In this document: in pieces, positions 1-7,552 of the stretch
Numbering within the stretch: position 1 is the first letter of the stretch
Layout: every line of letters begins with the position of its first letter
Assembly: GCA_963822965.1 (NCBI GenBank)
Contig: CAWGJT010000006.1
Coordinates: forward strand, 1 to 64,000
DNA: 64,000 nt
Direction of reading: 5' to 3'
DNA from: an uncultured delta proteobacterium
GTDB taxonomy: Bacteria > Myxococcota_A > UBA9160 > UBA4427
Translations under genes and position numbers: made by a program
The notes under the pieces: generated by a model
The model's input: only the letters and a program-made list of their open reading frames with translations
What the model was told of the DNA's origin: nothing
The model's database searches: none

Positions 1-97
1 ACCGCGCCATGGTGCATCTCTGGATCACGGCGCCGCCGGCGCGGTGACGTTGCCCGTCACCCGTTGAACTCGGCGGCCGCCCCGTCAGACTGGGGCG

Positions 98-1065
98 GTG
101 TCCGCGCTCATCGACCAACTGCAGCGCGCCCTGCGGGCGCGCCACTATAGCCGCCGCACCGAGCAGGCCTACTGCCGCTGGGTGAGGCGGTACATCCGCT
201 TCCACGGGCTCCGCCACCCGAAGGACATGGCGGAGCCCGAGATCAACGCCTTCGTCACGCACCTGGCCGTCGCCGAGCACGTCAGCGCCTCGACGCAGAC
301 CCAGGCGCTCAGCGCGATCCTCTTTCTCTACCGCCACGTGCTGCACCGCCAAGTGGGCGAGCTGCACGAACTGGTCCGCGCCCGCAAGCAGCCCCGCCTG
401 CCGGTCGTCCTGAGCAGGGAAGAGGTCCGCGCCATCCTCCACGAGCTCGAGCGCGACGACCGCCAGATCTGGCTCATGGCGTCGCTGCTCTACGGCGCCG
501 GGCTGCGGCTCACCGAGTGTCTGCGCCTTCGCGTGCTCGACCTCGACCTGGCCCGAGGCGAACTCACCGTGCGCTCGGGCAAGGGCGGAAAGGACCGCGC
601 CACAACGCTTCCGCAGGCGCTCGTCCCCGACCTCCGCGAGCAACTCCGCCGCGCGCAACTCCTCCACGAGCGCGACCTCGCCGACGGCTGGGGCGCGGTC
701 GAGCTTCCGGCCGCCCTGGAGCGCAAGTACCCGCGCGCCTCCCTGGGAGTGGCGCTGGCAATGGGTGTTTCCGCAGCAGCGCCGTTGGACCGACCGCCAG
801 AACGGCCGCCAGGGCCGCCACCACGTCCACCCGACCATCGTCCAACGCGCCGTCGCACGATGCCGTCCGGCGCGCCGGCATCGACAAGCACGCGACCTGC
901 CACACGCTGCGCCACTCGTTCGCGACGCACCTGCTCGAGACCGGCTACGACATCCGCACCATCCAGGAACTCCTCGGCCACAAGGACGTCGGCACCACGA
1001 TGATCTACACCCACGTCCTCCAGCGCGGCGGACAAGGCGTTCGCAGCCCGCTTGACGCGCTGTGA
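98..1065 (+). CDS. intI: Integron integrase (two frameshifts near 745 and 855, probably sequencing indels)
   Basis: N-terminal [10 protein letters not shown]...[31 protein letters not shown]; integron-specific insertion [62 protein letters not shown] across ORFs 98, 765 and 517. Confidence 0.95.
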
Positions 1066-1199
1066 GGCCACTCGCGCCTGTGGGCCGATTTCGCGGAGGC
1101 GACGCAAGGAACCACAGCGAAGGGGCGGGCGCACAGCGCGAGCCGAGCGCTCCCTAGTCCGTCCTCTCGCAGACTCGAGAAGTCACCCTCCTACCCTCG

Positions 1200-1208
1200 T
1201 GGTACAAT
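1200..1208 (+). promoter_or_regulatory. Candidate cassette promoter Pc (extended -10, TGGTACAAT)
   Basis: TGn-TACAAT about 55 bp upstream of the first GTTRRRY core, oriented toward the cassettes. Confidence 0.45.
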
Positions 1209-1209
1209 C

Positions 1210-1270
1210 TTACGCAGAAGCTCGCTGCAGCACGGAGGGGCTCTTCCATACTGCAGAAATGCAGTTGGGC
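1210..1270 (+). other. Candidate attI site, crossover core GTTGGGC at 1264-1270
   Basis: GTTGGGCG is the exact reverse complement of CGCCCAAC at the start of attC1; no attC hairpin seen upstream; TTACGCAG at 1210 resembles the attI1 direct-repeat motif. Confidence 0.65.
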
Positions 1271-1804
1271 GGAGTCGGGGCGGAAGCATCTGCAGTAGGT
1301 GGCAGGGGTACGTGTAGGATGTTCGTCTTGGTGCGTGGCTGCTGCTCGCGCTTCCTGCTCGCCATGCGGTTGCTCCTCGCGAGGCTGCGTGCGACTACCG
1401 TCCGTGCAGTCGTTCGGCTCCGCTCGGTGTGCGGCCGGCGGACAGCCTCTCCGCCGTGCTCGCCGAAAAAATCGACGCCGAGCGCAGGGAGCAATACGAG
1501 ACCTACGATGATCAGTGGCCGAGGCGAGACCGACGGCTCGGCACCTCGACGGCCTTCTAGTCGTTACCGCCCGAGGCCAAGCTCGTCTACGCTGGTCGAT
1601 GTCACGTCGACTTCACTCAACTGGGGGCGTGTGATATGGTGGCCCATGGCGGAGCCGGCTCTCCGACCTGGGCCTTGTGTGACCTACGACGCCAACCTGA
1701 GCGTAGGACGCCTACACGGCCGGGCGCACGCCCCGACTGGCCCACAAGGCGTCTTCCAACGGTCGCCGTCACAGCCTACTCTCATGAACGTCAGCGAATC
1801 ACAC
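1265..1804 (+). other. Gene cassette 1 body (no clean ORF; frameshifted hypothetical gene or non-coding cassette)
   Basis: Bounded by the attI core and attC1; only fragmentary protein-like stretches in different frames. Confidence 0.55.
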
Positions 1805-1894
1805 GCCCAACAAGCGCGTCAACTTGACTCGCCGCAGCGCCGATCGTGTCATCAGGTATCGTCGCGCTCGCAAGTTACGCGCGGTGCGTTAGGC
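1805..1894 (+). other. attC site 1 (90 bp)
   Basis: GCCCAAC ... GCGCGT-C-AACTTG / CAAGTT-ACGCGC ... GTTAGGC imperfect palindrome with an extrahelical base. Confidence 0.93.
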
Positions 1895-1945
1895 CCACTA
1901 CCCCAGCCGATCGCTGACCGTACTCTCGAAGCGTGAAAGGGCGAT

Positions 1946-3104
1946 ATGGCGCCACCCGTAAGACTACGCGAACTGTCCCAGGAAGCGCAGCTGGAGGTCG
2001 ACGGCTTCGCTGCCGACATGCTTCGGCATCTGGGTCTGCCCGCCGATGCGGAGCCTGCGGCGGTCGCATCGGCCATCGACTCCTGGGTCGAGACGCTCCG
2101 TGTCGACCCCGCGCGGATTGACACGACGAGGCTCTTCTGGTTGGCTGCCCGCCTCGGCTGCCTGTGGGGGGAAGCGATCGTCAAGGCCCACGGCTGGATG
2201 TGGCGGGAACGTGAGGTGGACGGCGACTGGTACCTCACCGTGGTCGAGCCCCGGCTCCGCTACTTCCACGATCCAGTGCCGTGCGCGCAAGCGTGCCTGG
2301 CGGGCAGGGGCCGCAATCCCGACCTCGAGAGCGTGCTTCGCTCGTTCGGCACGCTGGCGCCGACTCGGGACGGCGCACTGGCCGACATATTCCTGGGCCG
2401 CGGCCGGCCGCGCGTCTCTTCTCCCGGCGCGCGGCCGACGATGGGGCCGCTGCGGGCAGCGAGAGAGCGATGTCCGTGCTCGAGGCCGCCATCGGTGACG
2501 TCGGTTGCTGGACCTGGTGGCAGCAGTGGACGCAGTCATCGCCGCAGCTCTTCCGCGCGGAGTTCTCGCGCGTGCAGCTCTGGGTGCCGCCGAACGCTCC
2601 CGGTCAGCCGCCGGCGGGAAGGTCGAGCTCGTGTTTCCCTATTCCCCTCTCGTCGCGTTCTTGACCTCGCCCCATGCCAGCCCCTCTGCCTTCAGACTGG
2701 CAGGAGGCCCTCTGCGACGGTCGCATCGACGGGTTCGAGATCCTGCCCTTCCGGTTCACGCTGACCTCTGACGACGATGTCGCTGCCATGGCCGAGGGCT
2801 ACGACTGCACATTTCTGGTGGGCACGGCGGATGACCTGGCGGCTCCGTCCCCGTTCAGACTTGCGTTTCGCGCCGGCGACGTCGGCCTCGTTGTCCGTGG
2901 CGGGCAGATGGGCTGCGTGGCCCGCTCCGGTTCGCTCGGCCCCAAGGAGGTCATCGACGCCTCAACGGAGTGGGAGAGCTACTGGCGTGAGTACTGGGAC
3001 TGGCGGGACACCGACTCGCCAATGCCTTCGGACCCTGCCTGCGAGGTGACGTTTCCCCCTGGGCCGCCTGGGTGGGCATGGCTCCTGACCATGGAAGCCC
3101 CGGG
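1946..3104 (+). CDS. Cassette 2 hypothetical protein(s): one frameshifted two-domain protein or two ORFs (1946-~2460 and 2470-~3100)
   Basis: Protein-like segments in ORFs 1946, 2281, 2505 and 2674 (LGCLWGEAIVKAHGWMW; AIGDVGCWTWW; WESYWREYWDWRDT..PACEVTFP). Confidence 0.6.
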
Positions 3105-3206
3105 GCCTAACAAGCGGTTCGAGCAGACAAACCACGGCCACAATAGTAAGCCCAAGCCCAAGCGCGGTGGGGCCGTGGTTTGCAGCTCAACCGCGGTGCG
3201 TTGGGC
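3105..3206 (+). other. attC site 2 (102 bp)
   Basis: GCCTAAC ... GCGGTT-C-GAGC / GCTC-AACCGC, inner stem AAACCACGGCC / GGCCGTGGTTT, GTTGGGC. Confidence 0.93.
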
Positions 3207-3212
3207 GGACAG

Positions 3213-3640
3213 ATGGCGGTGGTGAGGACATTGCTGGGGCGTAGGGCCCGCGACTGGCGAGTCGGCCATCGTGGGCGTGACGCCCTGTACTACGAGGAGC
3301 GCCATGTAGGGACGTGGTGCCGCATCCCCATTGATGGCGAGATGCTGGTCGGACGCCCGCACCACGTGATCTACTTCGGCTCGAAGGCCGATTGGGCAAG
3401 GCAGCCCGAGTGGGCTCGTGGGCGTCGCGACGAGATCCTCGCACGGATCAAGAGGTCTGCCCGATCGGTGAGTACGCCTTCCAGGGCGAAGCGGTCTTCC
3501 ATGCTGACGATCGGGCTGCGCTGATCGAGGAAGCCGGCGGCCTCTCGAATGAGGCATGCGCGTGGGCCGGCTGCACTGAGCCTGCGCTCATGGGCAAGCG
3601 CCTCTGCGCTACGCATTCGTATCCGGCGGTGGCATGGTAG
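3213..3640 (+). CDS. Cassette 3 hypothetical protein (~140 aa, one frameshift near 3452)
   Basis: ATG 6 bp after attC2; ORF 3180 (WRVGHRGRDALYYEE...RRDEILARIK) joins ORF 3392 (EVCPIGEY...CATHSYPAVAW); stop just before attC3. Confidence 0.7.
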
Positions 3641-3650
3641 TGACCCAGCC

Positions 3651-3740
3651 GCCCAACAAGCGGATCAAGCTGGCTCGCCGCGGCGCCGACGCTGTCACAA
3701 GGAATCGTCGCGCTCGCAGCTTATCCGCGGTGCGTTAGGC
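3651..3740 (+). other. attC site 3 (90 bp)
   Basis: GCCCAAC ... GCGGAT-C-AAGCTG / CAGCTT-ATCCGC ... GTTAGGC; colinear homologue of attC1. Confidence 0.93.
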
Positions 3741-3749
3741 TGACGAAGC

Positions 3750-4316
3750 ATAAAGCGAAGCGAACAACGAGAGCTGCTGCGCGCGTTAGAGAGGCGCATC
3801 CTCGCCGGCGAGCGCAAGGCCGATATCGTCGGCCAGGCCGCCGCGGACGGGCAGGACTGGCAGACGTACGCGCGCCTGGTCGCACGCATCCCGACCCCCG
3901 CCAGCCGACACCGCTGGCGCTGGCTGAACCGCGCCGTCGTGGCGTCGATCGCCGCGTCGTCGGCGGCCTGGGTCGCCGGCCTCGTCGCCATCGAGACTGG
4001 GTTCTGGCTCGCCGTCGCCCTCCTCTGTCCGCTGTTCCTAGCCGCCTCGCTCTGGGGGGTCGCTCACTATCGCCAGCGGGACTACATGGTGGCCGCGAGT
4101 CTCGCCTTCCTCGGCCTGTATGTCTGGCTCTTCACGATCGCCTGGCACAGCCGGGGGCTCGCATCGGGCGTGCTCGTCGCGGTCGAGGCCGCGCTCTGTG
4201 GGCTCGTCCTCGTCCTTGCGCAGCTGACCGTGCAGTTGCTCCTGCCCTCCACAACCATGTGGATCAACGTGAAGCCCAAGACCGATGCCGCCGGACAGCT
4301 CATGTTCGAAGAGTGA
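3750..4316 (+). CDS. Cassette 4 multi-pass membrane protein (frame open from ATA at 3750)
   Basis: Open frame from 3750 (IKRSEQRELLRALERRILAGERK...) continues into ORF 3939-4316 with about four hydrophobic segments; stop 7 bp before attC4. Confidence 0.75.
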   Translation: MKRSEQRELLRALERRILAGERKADIVGQAAADGQDWQTYARLVARIPTPASRHRWRWLNRAVVASIAASSAAWVAGLVAIETGFWLAVALLCPLFLAASLWGVAHYRQRDYMVAASLAFLGLYVWLFTIAWHSRGLASGVLVAVEAALCGLVLVLAQLTVQLLLPSTTMWINVKPKTDAAGQLMFEE

Positions 4317-4323
4317 GCGCGCA

Positions 4324-4413
4324 GCCCAACAAGCGCATCAACCTGTCGCGTCCAACGGTTTCCGTAGTAACCTCAGACCGCAGTCCGCGCAGGTTATGCG
4401 CCGAGCGTTGGGC
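4324..4413 (+). other. attC site 4 (90 bp)
   Basis: GCCCAAC ... GCGCAT-C-AACCTG / CAGGTT-ATGCGC ... GTTGGGC. Confidence 0.93.
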
Positions 4414-4446
4414 AGGCAGTGGGTCGACGCATGGCGGAGGTGAAGC

Positions 4447-4647
4447 ATGATCGGTGGTCCAGCCTTGAGGCCGCCGGGCGAGAGCTATCAACGGTCGCCC
4501 GAGCCTCAGGACGACGAAGCCAAGCGCCAGCTCTACGCCGCGCACCGCAGGCGTCGCCATGTGCCCATCTCGTCGCTCGTGGCCCTGGTCGTGCTCATCG
4601 CGATCGTCGCCGGCATCGCTCTCGTTCTGCTCCTCAGCCTGCTGTGA
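4447..4647 (+). CDS. Cassette 5 small protein (66 aa) with C-terminal transmembrane helix
   Basis: GGAGG RBS 6 nt before ATG; RRRRH followed by a hydrophobic tail; sits between attC4 and attC5. Confidence 0.7.
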   Translation: MIGGPALRPPGESYQRSPEPQDDEAKRQLYAAHRRRRHVPISSLVALVVLIAIVAGIALVLLLSLL

Positions 4648-4669
4648 CGGAGTCGATGCGAGGCGTGCT

Positions 4670-4687
4670 GCCCAACAAGCGGATCAA
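4670..4687 (+). other. attC site 5, left arm only (truncated)
   Basis: GCCCAACAAGCGGATCAA is identical to the first 18 nt of attC3; no right arm follows. Confidence 0.85.
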
Positions 4688-4735
4688 AGTAAGACCACGA
4701 ACGAAGAACAGCGAACATAAACATTACGTATTGCT
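4688..4735. other. Probable Oxford Nanopore adapter remnant (chimeric junction)
   Basis: TTACGTATTGCT (4724-4735) equals the adapter 3' end; GAACGAAGAACA (4699-4710) matches the adapter reverse complement GAACGAAGTACA at 11/12. Confidence 0.85.
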
Positions 4736-4984
4736 GGCGTGCTCGCGCCCGACGCCCTGGACCGCGTGGAAGCCCTGCGGCCGATCGCCGACGAGCTGGG
4801 CCTGTCGCTGGCGCAGCTCGCGCTCTGCTGGTGCCTGCGGCTGCCGCTGATGGCGAGCGTGATCGCCGGTGCCACCCGCCCCGAGCAGCTGGAGGAGAAC
4901 TGCAAGGCATCGGGACGACGGATTCCGGCCGAGCTGCTCGCACGCATCGACGAGATCGCACCCGGCCCCGTCGCGGAACGCTGA
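4736..4984 (+). CDS. Aldo/keto reductase, C-terminal fragment only (5' part lost at the junction)
   Basis: LRPIADELGLSLAQLALCWCL...SVIAGATRPEQLEENCKA is the AKR C-terminal signature. Confidence 0.8.
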   Translation, partial: GVLAPDALDRVEALRPIADELGLSLAQLALCWCLRLPLMASVIAGATRPEQLEENCKASGRRIPAELLARIDEIAPGPVAER

Positions 4985-5048
4985 CCGGAGGGCGGGCTGT
5001 GCTATATGCGAGCGACCGCTCCCACCCGCGACGAAGCGGTACCTGCAG

Positions 5049-5789
5049 ATGGTGAAGATCCGGCTCTATACCCAGAGCATCAATCCGTTCACGAGCAAGG
5101 TGGAGCTCGCCCTCGCCCTCAAGGGTCTACCGTACGAGCGCGAGGTCTCGAACGATCCCGAAGACATCCGGCGCTGGAGCCCGGTCACCAAGCAGCTGCC
5201 GGTCATCCAGATCGACGACGAACGCATCCACGACTCGACCGCCATCATCGAGGCCCTCGAGGAGCGCTTCCCCGACCCGCCCCTGCTGGCCCGCGATCCG
5301 AAGACCGCGCGCGCCCAGCAGCGCCTGGCCGAGTGGAGCGACTCGTCGTTCCTGTTCTACTGGAACCGCTGGCGCGAGGCCCGCTTCCCGCGGCCGGGCG
5401 ACAACCAGGCGGTGGACGCCAGCCTGCTCGGCAAGCTGCGCGACGGCATCGCGCGGGCGTTCCGCGCCCACGGTGACGGCCTGAGCCGCGGCGAGCTGCG
5501 CGAGGCCGAGGTGCTGAACGAGCTGGCGGGACGCCTGGCCGACCTGAGCGCCTTCCTGGGTGCGCGCCCGTTCTTCTACGCCGACGAGCCGAGCGTCGCG
5601 GACGTGTCGGTCTACGGCATGCTGCGGATCCTCTACGAGGGCCCGATCACGGGCGCACACGAGCTGATCGTCGAGCGACCGGAGCTGGGGGAGTACATGG
5701 CGCGCATGCAGGCCAAGATCGCCGCCGGCGCGAGCCACCCGGCTCTGGATCCCCCCGAGGTGCCGGAAATGCCGGCCGGGTCTCCGTGA
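5049..5789 (+). CDS. Glutathione S-transferase family protein
   Basis: NPFTSKVELALALKGLPY, QLPVIQID..IHDSTAIIEALEERFP, PFFYADEPSVADVSVYG. Confidence 0.88.
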   Translation: MVKIRLYTQSINPFTSKVELALALKGLPYEREVSNDPEDIRRWSPVTKQLPVIQIDDERIHDSTAIIEALEERFPDPPLLARDPKTARAQQRLAEWSDSSFLFYWNRWREARFPRPGDNQAVDASLLGKLRDGIARAFRAHGDGLSRGELREAEVLNELAGRLADLSAFLGARPFFYADEPSVADVSVYGMLRILYEGPITGAHELIVERPELGEYMARMQAKIAAGASHPALDPPEVPEMPAGSP

Positions 5790-7235
5790 CCCAGCTCCGC
5801 GCGATCAGCCGGCGACGATTCCTGCAGGCCGCCGCCGCCACCGCGGCGAGCGCGGGGCTTCCCGGGTGCTGGCACGGAACGCCGCGGCGTCCGAACCTGG
5901 TCGTGATCGTCGCCGACGACCTGCGCGCCGACACCCTCGGCTTCGCCGGCGACCTCGAGGCGAAGACGCCGTTCCTCGACGAGCTGGCGCTGCGCGCGGT
6001 GCGCTTCTGGGACAACTTCGTCACCACCTCCATCTGCGCGACGAGTCGGGCCAGCCTGCTCACGGGGGAGTACGCCTCGCGGCACGGCGTCTGGTCCTTC
6101 GACCAGACCCTCCGCCCCGCCCAGCTCGCGGACACCTATCCCGCGCGACTCCGGCAGGCCGGCTACTACACGGGCTTCGTGGGGAAGTACGGCATCGGCA
6201 CCCAGGCGGGCTCCGATGCCCCCGAGATCTTCGACGTCTGGAAGGGCTTCTTCGGCCAGGGACGCTACTGGGCGGACGGCTCGCACACCGGCGAGCACCT
6301 GAGCGCGCGTCTCGCAAGAGAGGCGCAGGAGCTTTCTCGAGGCGGCCCCGGCAGATCGGCCCTTCTGCCTGAACGTGAGCTTCAAGGCGCCGCACGTCCA
6401 GGACGAGGACGAGCAGAGCGATCCCTTCCAGCCCGACCCGCGCTTCCTCGCCATGCACGCGGGAACCGTGTTCCACCGCAAGCGCACGGACACGCTCGAC
6501 GCGTTCATGCGCCTGCCCGGCTGGATGCAGAGCTCGGAGGCGCGACGCCGCTGGGAGACCCGCTTCGGAACCGACGAGAAGTTCCAGGACTCCATGCGGA
6601 AGTACTACGCGCTGGTGAGCGGGCTCGACGAAGCCGTGGGCACCATCCTGGCGGCCGTCGACGCGACCGGACGTCGGGAGGAGACCGTCGTCGTCTTCAC
6701 GTCGGACAACGGCTTCTTCCTCGGCGAGCACGGCCTCGCCGGCAAGTGGTTCGGGTTCGAAGAGGCGATCCGCACGCCACTCGTCGTCGAGCTGCCCGGC
6801 GGCATGGTCTCCTGGGACGTGCGCGTCCCCACCCTCAACATCGACCTGGCGCCGACGCTCCTCGACCTGGCCCACGTGCCCGTGCCGGGCGCGATGCAGG
6901 GACGAAGCCTGCGGCCGTTGCTGGTCGACGAGACGCCCCCGACCTCGTGGCGTCACGACTGGTTCTACGAGCACCGGCTGGAGCTACCCGAAACCGCGGC
7001 GAGCTGGGGCTTCCGGGGGATCCCCAAGAGCGAGGGGCTTCGCGACGACCGCTACAAGTACCTCGTGTACTACGACTCCCCCGAACCGAACAAGCTGCTC
7101 TTCGACCTGGAGAAGGACCCCTACGAGGAGCACGACCTCTCGGCCAGCGCCGACCCCGCACTCCTCGCGAGGCTCGCAGCCCGGCTCGCCGAGCTGCGAG
7201 CCGAAGCCCGCGGGACCCAGGTATCGAGTCCATAG
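5786..7235 (+). CDS. Tat-exported sulfatase (frameshift near 6335)
   Basis: SRRRFLQ Tat motif; PNLVVIVADD; CATSRASLLTG; GYYTGFVGKY; FKAPH; FTSDNGFFLGEHG. Confidence 0.9.
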
Positions 7236-7278
7236 TCGGCGAGCCCCGGGGAACCGGGCCGCGCTCGCGGTGGGGTGG

Positions 7279-7353
7279 TGGTGTCCCCAACGGGGATCGA
7301 ACCCGTGTTGTCGGCTTGAAAGGCCGATGTCCTGACCACTAGACGATGGGGAC
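7279..7353 (-). tRNA. tRNA-Glu (anticodon TTC), CCA encoded
   Basis: GTCCCCATCGTCTAGTGGTCAGGACATCGGCCTTTCAAGCCGACAACACGGGTTCGATCCCCGTTGGGGACACCA folds as a cloverleaf. Confidence 0.97.
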
Positions 7354-7444
7354 GCGGAGGCAGCTCCGGCGGGCGAGTATGACGCAGCCGCCCCCGAGCG
7401 CCCAGTCCAGCGCGCCCGCGCGTCGCCTACCCGCACGGCTCGGC

Positions 7445-7518
7445 TTCGGCCTCCCCGACAGCTCGTGTTCGGCCTCCCCGACAGCTCGTGTTCGGCCTCC
7501 CCGACAGCTCGTGTTCGG
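7445..7518. repeat. Perfect tandem repeat, 23 bp x 3.2 (TTCGGCCTCCCCGACAGCTCGTG)
   Basis: Units start at 7445, 7468, 7491, partial at 7514. Confidence 0.95.
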
Positions 7519-7552
7519 GGCGCCCGTTTCGCCTGCGGTAGCATCCCGGGGC

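Larger units (their letters stand above)
98..4687 (+). mobile_element. Integron: intI + candidate attI + 5 gene cassettes (array cut off at 4687)
   Basis: IntI-type tyrosine recombinase followed by regularly spaced attC sites (RYYYAAC...GTTRRRY) flanking short co-oriented ORFs. Confidence 0.93.

Noticed and set aside
3785..3791. GTTAGAG as an extra recombination core
   Set aside because: Lies inside the cassette 4 reading frame with no matching RYYYAAC or hairpin
1805..4687. Spaced repeats as a CRISPR array
   Set aside because: Repeats are 90-102 bp attC hairpins separated by 250-1200 bp gene-bearing segments; no cas genes
4670..4984. Biological insertion or deletion truncating attC5 and the aldo/keto reductase
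   Set aside because: Adapter-like sequence at the breakpoint explains both truncations more simply
7276..7281. CCACCA at the tRNA 3' end as a degradation tag
   Set aside because: That tag is added post-transcriptionally; a genomic second CCA is just trailer sequence
1..7353. Genomic island integrated at the tRNA-Glu 3' end carrying the integron
   Set aside because: No duplicated tRNA 3' end seen, IntI is not an island integrase, and the adapter junction breaks the linkage
7445..7518. 23-bp repeats as a mini-CRISPR
   Set aside because: Units are directly adjacent, with no spacers
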